A stretch of 64,000 nucleotides of DNA from Candidatus Spongiisociaceae bacterium (GCA_965219685.1 CBDCOH010000002.1:4326482-4390481); one strand, 5' to 3'; shown: positions 34,161-44,014, counted from the stretch's first letter. Notes: generated by a model from the sequence alone, not told the origin. Numbers and translations are program-made.

Positions 34161-36080
34161 ATGAAACCTGCCGACCTCGCCCTCATCACTTCCGTCAGCG
34201 ATCCGCAGATCCACCCGGACGGCCAACGGATCGCCTTCACCGTCACGACTATCGACCTCGAAAAGGACCGGTACCACTCGTCGATTTGGCTTTGGGACGG
34301 CGAGGCTCGGCAACTCACCTACGGGTCCGCCGATTCGTCGCCACGGTGGTCGCCCGACGGCGGAACCCTGGCCTTCGTGAGGAAGGGTAAGGAGGAGAAG
34401 GATCCTACCCAGTTGGCGATCATGCCCGCCGACGGCGGGGAAGCCCGCGTGATCACCGAGTTCGAACTCGGCGCAAGAGCGCCGGCATGGTCGCCAGACG
34501 GCGGCTCGATCCTCGTCCTGGCCACCGGGTGGCACGGCGAGTGGGCCGGTCTCGACGAGGACGAGCGGTCACGCAAGCCCCGGCGGATCACCGGTTTCGA
34601 CGTCCGGATGGACGATCAGGGCTGGCGCCACGACCGCCGCACATATGCCTACCTGGTGGACGCTCATGGCGAGACCTCTCCCCGACGGGTGGGTTCCTCC
34701 GACGAGGACGAGTCCGAGCCGGCCTGGTCGCCGGACGGCGCCAGGGTGGCCATGGTGACCAGCCGGGACAACCCGAGGTCTATCGAGAGCGGCGCAGAGG
34801 TGGTCGAGGTCGAAGTGGACGGGGGTCTGGAGACACTGCGGGCCCGGCGTTCCGGCTACTTCTCGGTCGACTACGACCCGGCGGGAAATCTGTACGGGAT
34901 CGGCGACCCATCCCCGGACTACCCCTACGTTTGCTCCCTGTGGCGACTCGACGATCCCCCCACCGACATCACCGGACATCTCGACCGGAGCCTCAACGAC
35001 CTGCTGACATCCGGCGCTCTGGAGAAGCCGATCTGGCTGGAGAAGGGTTTCCTCGCCGGGATATCGGACCGTGGGAGAGCTTCCGTGATCGCCTTCGACC
35101 CGGGTGGAGGCGTGCGGACGGTGCTCGGCGGCGACAGGTTTATCACGGGACTCTCGAGGGCGGCTTCCGGGAGGCTGGCCTTCACCGCCACCGATCCCAC
35201 CTGCCCCGGCGAACTCTACGAGCTGACCCCCGGCGGTGAGGAACGGCGCCTGACGGACTTCAACCGGGAGATCCGTTCCTCGGGGGGGCTGGTAGGACCG
35301 GACTCGTTCCAGGTCGAGAGCGCTCCGGGTGTCGAGGTGGACGCCTGGCTCTTCATGCCGGACGGCGACGGTCCGTTCCCGGTGCTCCTCAACATCCACG
35401 GCGGCCCGGCTTCGGAGTACGGCTTCTACTTCTTCGACGAGTTCCAGGTCTACGTCTCGGCCGGTTACGCGGTGGTCGCCTGCAACCCGCGCGGTTCGGA
35501 AGGACGCGGCCGCGACTGGCTACGGGCGGTGACCGGCGACGGCTGGGGCACGGTGGACGTGGACGACATCACCGCCGTGGTCGACCACGCCCTGGCCGGT
35601 GACGCTCGTCTCGATCGCAACCGTGTCGGGATCATGGGAGGCTCGTACGGAGGCTTCCTCACCGCGTGGACCATCTCCCGCGACCACCGGTACCGCTCGG
35701 CGGTCGTCGAGCGCGCCCTGATCGACTGGGAGTCGTTCGGGGGCACGTCCGACATCAACCGTGACTTCGCCGGCCTGTACCTCCATCCCGCCACCCCCGA
35801 GGACCATGACGCCCTCTGGGCGGCCAGCCCGCTCGCCACCGCCGCCCGGGTCGAGACCCCCACGCTCATCATCCACTCGGAGAACGACCTGCGCTGCCCG
35901 ATCGGCCAGGCCGAGCAGTTCTTCACGGCCCTGCTCCGGAAGGGGGTCGAGGTGGAGATGATCCGCTTTCCCGACGAGGGACACGAGTTGAGCCGCAGTG
36001 GAGCGCCCCGCCACCGGGTGGAGCGTTTCGAGCGCATCCTCGGCTGGCACAGCCGCCACCTCGGGTTGGGATCTGAATGA
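34161..36080 (+). CDS. S9 family peptidase
   Basis: PD40 repeats, IHGGP, GGSYGG, ENDLRC, EGH. Confidence 0.93.
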   Translation: MKPADLALITSVSDPQIHPDGQRIAFTVTTIDLEKDRYHSSIWLWDGEARQLTYGSADSSPRWSPDGGTLAFVRKGKEEKDPTQLAIMPADGGEARVITEFELGARAPAWSPDGGSILVLATGWHGEWAGLDEDERSRKPRRITGFDVRMDDQGWRHDRRTYAYLVDAHGETSPRRVGSSDEDESEPAWSPDGARVAMVTSRDNPRSIESGAEVVEVEVDGGLETLRARRSGYFSVDYDPAGNLYGIGDPSPDYPYVCSLWRLDDPPTDITGHLDRSLNDLLTSGALEKPIWLEKGFLAGISDRGRASVIAFDPGGGVRTVLGGDRFITGLSRAASGRLAFTATDPTCPGELYELTPGGEERRLTDFNREIRSSGGLVGPDSFQVESAPGVEVDAWLFMPDGDGPFPVLLNIHGGPASEYGFYFFDEFQVYVSAGYAVVACNPRGSEGRGRDWLRAVTGDGWGTVDVDDITAVVDHALAGDARLDRNRVGIMGGSYGGFLTAWTISRDHRYRSAVVERALIDWESFGGTSDINRDFAGLYLHPATPEDHDALWAASPLATAARVETPTLIIHSENDLRCPIGQAEQFFTALLRKGVEVEMIRFPDEGHELSRSGAPRHRVERFERILGWHSRHLGLGSE

Positions 36081-36081
36081 G

Positions 36082-36924
36082 CTAGAACGTCACTACCTGC
36101 GAGGCGGTGCGGCTCTCGTAGATGAGGGTCCGCCCCTTCATAAGTGTGAAGTACTTTGTCCAGAGCCGCCAAACCATGTTCCATTGCTCCTCGGTTGGGT
36201 TCCTTACGGGTAGACCTGCATCAGCGGCTTCTTGGGCACCCAACATCGCGCCATGCACCTTGGGGCCTGTTATGAACGGTCCCTTTAGTTTCTCAACCAA
36301 CTGCTTTACGCTCTCCGAAGAACGGTCGGCATTACTCGAGAGGGCAGCCTCCACCAACTCGTCTGTACGCTGGATGGCCGATTGGGCTTGCTGGTATCTC
36401 AGGTAGGTCACGTCGCTCAGGAGGGATGCCAGTAGGGCGAAGGTCTCGGGTTGTCTCTGTACGTGCTCCAAGGCGCTATCGACTGCGGCGATGAGGTCCT
36501 TGGCGGACACGAGAGGCTGGTCGGCCTTCTCGACGTAGAGTTGGGGGTCAACCGGTCCGAGATCGCTAGTCGGCCCCATGAGGATACCGTGTGCGCCCAT
36601 CGCTAGGAGCGTACCGGCACTTTTAGCCTGATTAGGAACGATTACCGTTAGGTTGCGACACCGAGCCTGAGCTGATCGAGCCATGCGGACCGCTGCCTCG
36701 CCATCCCCGCCGGGAGTGTCCAGCATAAGGTGGAGTTCGTTGTCGGGACAGGCGTCATAGAGTAGTTCCTCGAGGTAGGTGATGCTCCAGGGGCCGATGA
36801 TGTCAACAACCGCAACGAAACGTGCCTGAGTGAGTTCCTCGTATCGCTCGATGAGGGCCTGACGAGCGTATCTGTCAGAGTGCTGAGCATGGAAGAGGGG
36901 GCTCTGGGCGGGGAGTTCACTCAC
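36082..36924 (-). CDS. SDH-family ClpP-fold serine protease
   Basis: LDTPGG, AKSAGTLLAMGA, LGPVDPQ and a His near the C-terminus; lower GC than flanks. Confidence 0.85.
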   Translation of the reverse strand: MSELPAQSPLFHAQHSDRYARQALIERYEELTQARFVAVVDIIGPWSITYLEELLYDACPDNELHLMLDTPGGDGEAAVRMARSAQARCRNLTVIVPNQAKSAGTLLAMGAHGILMGPTSDLGPVDPQLYVEKADQPLVSAKDLIAAVDSALEHVQRQPETFALLASLLSDVTYLRYQQAQSAIQRTDELVEAALSSNADRSSESVKQLVEKLKGPFITGPKVHGAMLGAQEAADAGLPVRNPTEEQWNMVWRLWTKYFTLMKGRTLIYESRTASQVVTF

Positions 36925-37103
36925 TGAGCAATGCGAGGGAAGCTCGAGACGGATGGTCGCCCTTTGCGAATCTGCTTGCCCTGCTCTCGAGCCTCGCGGG
37001 CGCGCTCAACCCGCGTAGCCCAGTCACGCTCGGAAGTGAGCAAATCGCGGGCAGGGTCTACAGCGTCCTGATTCGCTTTGGAGGCAGTTGTAGTCGATGT
37101 CAT
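36921..37103 (-). CDS. Small hypothetical protein coupled to the ClpP-fold protease
   Basis: RBS GAGAGGAG; stop overlaps the protease start (GTGA). Confidence 0.6.
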   Translation of the reverse strand: MTSTTTASKANQDAVDPARDLLTSERDWATRVERAREAREQGKQIRKGRPSVSSFPRIAQ

Positions 37104-37312
37104 CCTCAAGCTCCTCTCTCCGGTCTTACCCTAGTTATAGGCCCGGCCTACGACACAGCTTCCGACCTACCGCGGGAGCAGATGTCGGTCGTCGCGTGGG
37201 TGCGCCCACAACTAATCCGCGTCTGGCACGACCGCCGCCACCTCGGCAGTGATACGGCAACCACCTGAGAGCGGCATCTTCAGTGGTCCGGGACCGTTCT
37301 AAGATGGCGGCT

Positions 37313-38224
37313 ATGGATACGGCGAAATACATCTGGATGGACGGTCGGCTGGTCGACTTCGAGGATGCCACCGTCCATGTACTCACCCATGCGTTACACT
37401 ACGGGACCGGGGTCTTCGAGGGCATCCGGGCCTACGAGGCCGCGGGGGGCACGGCCGTATTCCGCCTCCGGGAGCACATCGATCGCATGATCCGCTCCGC
37501 CAAGGCGTACCAGATGGACATCGGTTACACCTCCGACGAGTTGGTCGAGGCCTCCAAGGAGGTGGTCCGAGCCAACGAGTTCAGGTCCGCCTACATACGC
37601 CCGATCGTCTTCCTCGGGCTCGGCGCTCTCGGCCTGGACCCGCGCAACGCCAAGGTCCAGGCCGCCATCATCACCTGGCAGTGGGGCGCCTACCTGGGCG
37701 AGGAGGGGATCCGCAACGGTATCCGGGTCAAGGTCTCGTCCTGGCGACGTTTCTCCCACGACGCCTTCCCCAACGCCAAGGCGACCGGGACCTACATCAA
37801 CTCAATCCTGGCCAAGCGGGATGCCGTGATCGACGGCTACGACGAGGCGTTGATGCTCAACAGCGACGGGGGGATCTCGGAGGGGTCCGGAGAGAACCTG
37901 TTCCTCATCCGGGACAGTGTCGTCTACACCCCGCCCCTGTCGGCGGGCTGTCTCGACGGCGTGACCCGTAACTCGGTTATGACCCTCCTCTCCGACGACG
38001 GCTACGAAGTAAGGGAGAAGGTGATCCACCGCTCGGACCTGTACTACTGCGACGAGCTGTTCATGACCGGGACCGCCGCCGAGGTGACGCCCGTCCGTGA
38101 GGTGGACAACCGGCCGGTCGGACCCGGACATCCCGGTCCTGTCACCCGCCGCGCCCAGCAGATATACGCCGACGCCTACACCGGCAAGCTCGATGCCTAC
38201 ACGCACTGGCTCGACTACGTCTGA
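37313..38224 (+). CDS. ilvE: Branched-chain amino acid aminotransferase
   Basis: LHYGTGVFEG, AKATGTY, EGSGENLF, GTAAEVTP. Confidence 0.95.
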   Translation: MDTAKYIWMDGRLVDFEDATVHVLTHALHYGTGVFEGIRAYEAAGGTAVFRLREHIDRMIRSAKAYQMDIGYTSDELVEASKEVVRANEFRSAYIRPIVFLGLGALGLDPRNAKVQAAIITWQWGAYLGEEGIRNGIRVKVSSWRRFSHDAFPNAKATGTYINSILAKRDAVIDGYDEALMLNSDGGISEGSGENLFLIRDSVVYTPPLSAGCLDGVTRNSVMTLLSDDGYEVREKVIHRSDLYYCDELFMTGTAAEVTPVREVDNRPVGPGHPGPVTRRAQQIYADAYTGKLDAYTHWLDYV

Positions 38225-38275
38225 GGCGCTGTCCCGGGTGCTCCCTCGGGATCCCTGTATCGGCGGGTCCATCTG

Positions 38276-38791
38276 ATGGGGCAGCAGCCCAACATCGAGC
38301 TTCTGGCTGCCGACCGGCCCATCGAGGAACTCGATCGAGGGGCCGAGCGGCGCTGGACCCCGCGGCGCCCGGGTGAGATCACGTCGCCGGCCGACATGCC
38401 GTCGGGCGGTTCGTTCGGGCGGCCAGGCCCGGATGCCGGGTGGGGCCTCCGGATGATCCGGGCGGCTTCCTTCGACCGGGGCCGGCGCCCTACGGGCCTG
38501 GAGAGCCTGCTGTCCGCTTTGGTCGGCGCCCGCGCTTCGCGCGCCCGCAGGGGACCCACACGGGAGGATGTCGAGGTTGCGCTGTCCCTGTTAGGCCTGC
38601 ACGAGGATTACGACGCGTCCGGTGAACCGAGGCGCCGGTTGCGCCGGTTACGGGAGCGGTGGCTGGACGCGCTGGCGCACGATCCGTGGCCGGGGAGGTC
38701 GGCGCTGGCGGCCATTCCCGTCGATCTCCTTGCTGACAAGCCGGAGCGGGTCCGGGCGCGCCTGCTCGCCGAGCCTGCCCTGCTGGGCTGA
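38276..38791 (+). CDS. Hypothetical protein
   Basis: Fills the gap between ilvE and the FAH gene on the same strand; FGRPGPDAGW motif. Confidence 0.6.
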   Translation: MGQQPNIELLAADRPIEELDRGAERRWTPRRPGEITSPADMPSGGSFGRPGPDAGWGLRMIRAASFDRGRRPTGLESLLSALVGARASRARRGPTREDVEVALSLLGLHEDYDASGEPRRRLRRLRERWLDALAHDPWPGRSALAAIPVDLLADKPERVRARLLAEPALLG

Positions 38792-38816
38792 TCCCCACGC
38801 TCCGGAGCGCCCATCC

Positions 38817-39578
38817 ATGAAGATCGTCCGCATGCAGACCCCGGAGGGGATTCGCTATGGAGGCGTCGAGCCCGAGGGGATCCGGATCCACGACGGGACG
38901 CCGTTCGTCGCCTGGCAACCGACCGAGGTGGTCATCTCATTCGAGCAGGCCCGGCTCCTAGCACCGGTCTTCCCGACCAAGGTGGTGGGGGTCGGAGCCA
39001 ACTACGTTCTCCATGCCGAGGAGATGGGACGCCGCCTTCCCGACACGCCCAGCATCTTCATCAAACCGTCCACCGCGGTGATCGGACCCAGCCAACCGAT
39101 CGTGCTCCCCGCCCTGTCGAACGAGGTGCATCACGAAGCCGAACTCGCGGTGGTGATAGGCAAGGTCGCCCGCAAGGTGGCGGTCGAGGACGCTTCCTCG
39201 GTGGTGCTCGGATACACCGCGGGCAACGACGTGACCGCCCGGGATCTCCAGCGGGAGGACGGTCACCCCAGCAGGGCCAAGGGCTTCGACACCTTCTGCC
39301 CGCTGGGCCCGGCCATCGAAACCGAATACGACCCGCTCGAGGACTTCTCGCTCGAGTGCCGGGTCAACGGCGCCATCAGGCAGGGCTCCTCGATCAACGA
39401 CATGATCTTCGGCGTGGCCGAGCTGATCTCCTTCATAACGTCGGTCATGACGCTGCTGCCCGGCGATGTGATCATGACGGGAACGCCTTCCGGGGTAGGG
39501 CCGCTGAGGAGCGGCGACCTGGTCGAGGTCACCCTGGAAGGGGTCGGTACTCTCTCCAACCCGGTGGTGGCCGAATGA
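38817..39578 (+). CDS. Fumarylacetoacetate hydrolase family protein
   Basis: HEAELAVVIG, NDVTARD, KGFDTFCPLGP, TGTPSGVG; usual neighbour of gltX. Confidence 0.93.
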   Translation: MKIVRMQTPEGIRYGGVEPEGIRIHDGTPFVAWQPTEVVISFEQARLLAPVFPTKVVGVGANYVLHAEEMGRRLPDTPSIFIKPSTAVIGPSQPIVLPALSNEVHHEAELAVVIGKVARKVAVEDASSVVLGYTAGNDVTARDLQREDGHPSRAKGFDTFCPLGPAIETEYDPLEDFSLECRVNGAIRQGSSINDMIFGVAELISFITSVMTLLPGDVIMTGTPSGVGPLRSGDLVEVTLEGVGTLSNPVVAE

Positions 39579-41041
39579 GCGCCGAGCAGGTGCGCCTGCG
39601 CATCGCCCCGTCGCCCACCGGCTACCTGCACATCGGGAACGTGAGGGCGGCCCTGTTCAACTGGCTGTACGCCAGGCGCCACGGCGGGGTGTTCATCATC
39701 CGCATCGACGACACCGACCAGGCCCGGTCCGACGATCGCTACATCGATGACGTGGTGGAAGGGTTCCGATGGCTCGATCTGGACTGGGACGAGGGGGTCG
39801 CGGTGGGGGGGCCGCACGGGACCTACCGCCAGTCCGACCGCTTCGCACGCTACCGCGACGTGGCGGAGCAGTTCCTCGATGCGGGCCGGGCCTATCACGA
39901 CTTCCGGCCGGCGGGGGAACTGGACGAACTCCGGGCGCGGGCCCGCCGGGAGAAAAAGCCGCCCGGCTACTACATCCGCCGCCCCGCCGCCAGCGATCCC
40001 GAGGAAGGGAGGCGCCGGATCGAGGCGGGAGAGCCGGGGGTCGTCCGCTTCTCGACGGCGGGCCAGGCGGTGGAGTTCACCGATCTCGTACGGGGTGAGA
40101 TCCGGTTCGAGCCGGATGCCATCGACGATTTCGTGATCCTGCGGTCGGACGGGTCGCCCACCTACCACCTGGCCTCGACGGTGGACGACATCGACTACCG
40201 GATCACCCATGTCGCGAGGGGTGAGGATCTCCTGTCGTCGACCCCCAAGCACATCCTGATGACCGAGGCCCTGGGAGGGGAACGTCCCGTATACGCCCAC
40301 CTGCCCTTGCTGTTCGGGCCGGACGGACGGAAGCTCTCCAAGCGCCACGGCGACACCGCGCTGCGCGCCTACCGGGAGGGCGGCTACCTGCCCCAGGCGG
40401 TGTTCAACTACCTGGGCCTGCTGGGGTGGTCCCTCGACCCGGACAACGAGATCTTCGGACGGCAGGAGGCGATCGAGGCCTTCGAGCTGACCGACGTCCA
40501 GAAGAGCCCGGCGGTGTTCAACCCCGAGAAGCTGGGCTGGATGAACGGCGTCTACATGCGGGCCATGCCTCCCGAGGACTTCGCGGATCTCGCCGTCGGT
40601 GCCGTCGAGGAGGACCTAGGCCGCGTCTTGGACGATGACGAGAGAGGACGGCTGGCCGGACTGGCGCCGCTCTTACAAGAGAGGACCAAGCTGACCACCG
40701 ACATCCCTCCCGCGGCCCGTTTCCTGTTCGCCGGGATCTCCTACGACGAGAAGGCCTGGCGCAAGGTGATGAAGGTGGACGCCCCGCGAGCCCTCGCCGC
40801 GGTCCGGTCGATGCTCGAAGCTCTCGAGGATTGGAATGCGGAGGAGATAGAGAAGGCCCTCCGGGCGATGCTGTCCGCCGAGAGCCTGAACCCCCGCAAG
40901 GGCTGGCAACCGATCCGGGTGGCGATCACCGGCTCCAACATCTCGCCACCCCTGTTCGAGAGCCTGGAGGCACTCCCCAAGGAGGTCGCCCTAGCCAGGA
41001 TCACTGCTGCCTTGGAGCGCCTGGGCGCGGCGGGCAGTTGA
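39575..41041 (+). CDS. gltX: Glutamate--tRNA ligase
   Basis: APSPTGYLHIGN, RGEDL, KLSKR. Confidence 0.96.
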   Translation: MSAEQVRLRIAPSPTGYLHIGNVRAALFNWLYARRHGGVFIIRIDDTDQARSDDRYIDDVVEGFRWLDLDWDEGVAVGGPHGTYRQSDRFARYRDVAEQFLDAGRAYHDFRPAGELDELRARARREKKPPGYYIRRPAASDPEEGRRRIEAGEPGVVRFSTAGQAVEFTDLVRGEIRFEPDAIDDFVILRSDGSPTYHLASTVDDIDYRITHVARGEDLLSSTPKHILMTEALGGERPVYAHLPLLFGPDGRKLSKRHGDTALRAYREGGYLPQAVFNYLGLLGWSLDPDNEIFGRQEAIEAFELTDVQKSPAVFNPEKLGWMNGVYMRAMPPEDFADLAVGAVEEDLGRVLDDDERGRLAGLAPLLQERTKLTTDIPPAARFLFAGISYDEKAWRKVMKVDAPRALAAVRSMLEALEDWNAEEIEKALRAMLSAESLNPRKGWQPIRVAITGSNISPPLFESLEALPKEVALARITAALERLGAAGS

Positions 41042-41077
41042 CCCACGACATCTCCGCGGGGACGCCGCAGGCGGGGC

Positions 41078-41148
41078 CGAAACGCAGAGGCTCGCCACCA
41101 AGGGCGAGCCTCGCACCCAGCCACCGAAGCGAACTGGGGGGATTACTT
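41078..41148 (-). ncRNA. Candidate structured small RNA divergent from the NYN nuclease gene
   Basis: Minus-strand promoter TTGTAT-17-GATACT, a C(UUCG)G-capped hairpin, then a 10-bp perfect hairpin with a short U-rich tail. Confidence 0.55.
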
Positions 41149-41222
41149 ACGCAGAAGTATCGCACAAGTGTGACACAGATACAAATGTGTTTGTACGATA
41201 GCTAACGTACAATTGCAGCTCT

Positions 41223-41849
41223 ATGGCGACGATCGTCTACATAGACGGGCTCAACTTTTACTACGGTGCCGTTAGGGGGACCCCCTACAAGTGGCTGGAC
41301 TACCAGGCACTTTGCGCTCGGTTGCTCCCGCGCGACCAGATAGCGAAAATACGCTACTTTACGGCGCGGGTCACCCCTCTACCCCATGACGCGAGCGCGC
41401 CGGCTCGCCAGGGCACTTACCTACGCGCCCTCGAAACCCTTCCGCTTGTCGAGATTCACTACGGCCACATTGTCACCAGAACCCGGAGACTGCCGTTGGC
41501 CACGCCGAACCCTGGTAGCCCTCGGACAGTGGAAGTGCTAGCGACCGAGGAGAAGCGAACCGACGTGAACATCGCTAGCTACCTGCTCCTCGACGCTTTC
41601 ACCGGTGCATGTGATACGGCGGTCGTTGTCTCGAATGACTCGGACCTTGCTGAGGCTATTGACATCGCCAGGAATGTTGCCGGAATCAAAGTGGGGGTGG
41701 TGAATCCACACCCTGCCCGACACCGCTCACGACACATGTCGGCCACCTTTTTCAAGCAATTGCGCCACGGGATTCTTCGCCAGTGCCAACTCCCCCATGT
41801 GGTCCACGACGCTGCGGGAAGGGCAATCCGGAAACCGGCCACGTGGTAG
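41223..41849 (+). CDS. NYN domain (LabA/DUF88, PIN-like) nuclease
   Basis: VYIDGLNFYYG, IRYFTA, EEKRTDVNIA, VSNDSDL. Confidence 0.9.
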   Translation: MATIVYIDGLNFYYGAVRGTPYKWLDYQALCARLLPRDQIAKIRYFTARVTPLPHDASAPARQGTYLRALETLPLVEIHYGHIVTRTRRLPLATPNPGSPRTVEVLATEEKRTDVNIASYLLLDAFTGACDTAVVVSNDSDLAEAIDIARNVAGIKVGVVNPHPARHRSRHMSATFFKQLRHGILRQCQLPHVVHDAAGRAIRKPATW

Positions 41850-41873
41850 CACCCCGGTACCGATGTCCGTCGG

Positions 41874-43106
41874 TCAGCCGAGAGCGAAGTCGAGGGCCTC
41901 GATCAGCCGGTCGATCTCCTCCTCCGTCGTGTAGTGGATGAACGACATCCGTAGCACACCCGGGGAGGTGGGTATGCCCATATCATCCAGCAGGCGGGGC
42001 GCATAGAAGTCGCCAGTCCCGACCATCATCCCCTCGGCGACGAGAGACTTCGCCAGGTCCGGCACCGGCCGCTTCAACGGGACGATCGACACGGTGGGTG
42101 CTCGACGGTCGGCGTCGATGGGGCCGACAACCCGCACGTCGTCGCGGCCGGCCACGTACGCAAGCAGCCGACGGAGCAACCGGGTCTCGTGGGTCCGGAA
42201 CATGTCGTGGACCATCCGACCCCGCTCCACCGGCGAGGCATCCATGCCCCCGTGGTGGGTGTACAGGTCGTCCAGATAGTCGACGATACCCGCGCACGCG
42301 GCTACCTGGGCATGGTCGGGTCCGGCGGGAACCAGCTTTGACCGGGGCTCGTCCGCCACGAAGTAGTGACCCTCGTTCCCGAGGCGGTCGGCCAGGTCGC
42401 GGCGGACGAACATCACTCCCTGGTGCGGTCCCCACGTCTTGTAGGCGGAGAACAGGTAGACGTCCACCCCGAGCGCCCCGATGTCGGGCAGGCCGTGCGG
42501 TGCGTAGGAGACCCCGTCCACAACGACCCGGGCGCCGACCGCGGAGGCTCGGGCGATGACCTCCCTGACCGGGTTGACGGCCGCCACCACGTTGGAGGCA
42601 TGGGGGAAGGCCACCAGCCGGGTGCGTCCGGTGATCAACCGGTCGAGATCGGCCAGGTCCAGCGTTCCCTTCTCCGGGTGGACGCGCCACTCCCGGACCG
42701 TGATCCCCGTAGCCTCCAGTCGCCTCCACACGCCTGCGTTGGCCTCGTGGTCCTGGGTGGAGGCGACGATCTCGTCCCCGTCTCGCCACATCGAGCGGAA
42801 CGCCCTCGCCAGCACGTAGGTGTTCTGCGAGGTCGACGGGCCGAAGTGGATCTCGTCGGTTCCCACACCCATCCAGGCCGCCAGGCTCCGGTAGGAGCGT
42901 TCCATCGCCTCGGCGGCCCGCATCGAAAGAGGGAAGGGATGGTCGGGCTGGACCTTGGTGTGGCGGTAGAAGTGGGTGAGACGGTCGATCACCTGTCGGC
43001 ACACGTAGGACCCGCCGGCGTTCTCGAAGTGTGCCCATCCCCGGAGACGAGGATCGGAGAAAGCGGGAAACTGGCTGCGGGCGTAGTCGGTGTCGAGGGG
43101 CCCCAG
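41874..43106 (-). CDS. Class V aminotransferase / cysteine desulfurase-like protein (apparent CTG start)
   Basis: LDTDYARSQFPAF...FENAGGS N-terminus, DHEAN, VDGVS, SAYKTWGPH; RBS GGAGG 5 nt before CTG. Confidence 0.88.
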   Translation of the reverse strand: MGPLDTDYARSQFPAFSDPRLRGWAHFENAGGSYVCRQVIDRLTHFYRHTKVQPDHPFPLSMRAAEAMERSYRSLAAWMGVGTDEIHFGPSTSQNTYVLARAFRSMWRDGDEIVASTQDHEANAGVWRRLEATGITVREWRVHPEKGTLDLADLDRLITGRTRLVAFPHASNVVAAVNPVREVIARASAVGARVVVDGVSYAPHGLPDIGALGVDVYLFSAYKTWGPHQGVMFVRRDLADRLGNEGHYFVADEPRSKLVPAGPDHAQVAACAGIVDYLDDLYTHHGGMDASPVERGRMVHDMFRTHETRLLRRLLAYVAGRDDVRVVGPIDADRRAPTVSIVPLKRPVPDLAKSLVAEGMMVGTGDFYAPRLLDDMGIPTSPGVLRMSFIHYTTEEEIDRLIEALDFALG

Positions 43107-43232
43107 GGATGCCTCCGTTGATGGCTGAGATGCCCGAGTTTGCCAGATCGGGATGGTTCTAGACGGAAGCGGCCGGCGATATGCCGGACTCTGCTGTTCG
43201 GGGTCGCTCGCCTCCGATCCGAGCGCGCGGAT

Positions 43233-43646
43233 TCAGGAGCGTTCCAGCACGACGACCGGGATGACCCTCAGAGTCTTGGACTCATAGTCCTCGAACTGGG
43301 GATAGTCGCTCTTCTGCCGGGTCCAGATCCGGTCCCGCTCCTCGCCCTGGGCGACACGAACCTGCACGGGAACCGTCTCGGTGCCGACCTCCACCTCCGT
43401 CCGGGGATTGGCCACCAGGTTGTGGTACCAGTCGGGATTGTTGTCGGCCCCGCCCTTGGAGGCGAAGATCGCATAGCCGGTAGGCACCTCTTGGTACATG
43501 AGCGGGCTGACCCGACCGATGCCCGTTCGGGCGCCGACATGGTGGAGGAGCAGGAGGGGACTCCCTTCGAACATGCCGCCCACCCGGCCGCCGTTGGCGC
43601 GGAACTCCTCTATTACGGTCTGATTCCAGTCATTCCATTTGCTCAC
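43233..43646 (-). CDS. F420H2-dependent nitroreductase-family (Ddn-like) oxidoreductase
   Basis: IEEFRANGG, ASKGG..NPDWYHNL.ANP, IPVVVLER. Confidence 0.92.
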   Translation of the reverse strand: MSKWNDWNQTVIEEFRANGGRVGGMFEGSPLLLLHHVGARTGIGRVSPLMYQEVPTGYAIFASKGGADNNPDWYHNLVANPRTEVEVGTETVPVQVRVAQGEERDRIWTRQKSDYPQFEDYESKTLRVIPVVVLERS

Positions 43647-43777
43647 GCGTCACTCCCGTCTTCGTCTCGCCGCAAGGGCGGGTTCACGTTCTCGCCGATG
43701 ATGGCACGGTCCCGCAACAACCGAATGCACTACCGGGGACTGCCCTCCAAGGCACGAGAGCATGGAGCTGCGGGGAC

Positions 43778-44014
43778 CTACTCGACGGTGGCCATATCGC
43801 GATGGTGGCCTCCGTGGCGTCCCTCGATGTGAGCGATGCTCCTGCCATTGGCGGCGACTTCACGGGTCAGGTCGCGCAACTGCTTGCGCATGTCGCGAAA
43901 CTGAGCGTTGATCTGTTCGAATTGTCTGTCGATCCGTTCGAATCGTTTGTCGATCTGGTCGAATCTCCGGACCTGAGACCGCCATAGCATCGTACCGATG
44001 GCGACCAGGATCAC
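43778..44014 (-). CDS. Small TM + coiled-coil protein, possibly a decaying gene
   Basis: RFDQIDKRFERIDRQFEQI heptads; in-frame TGA four codons upstream of the GTG. Confidence 0.55.
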   Translation of the reverse strand: MILVAIGTMLWRSQVRRFDQIDKRFERIDRQFEQINAQFRDMRKQLRDLTREVAANGRSIAHIEGRHGGHHRDMATVE

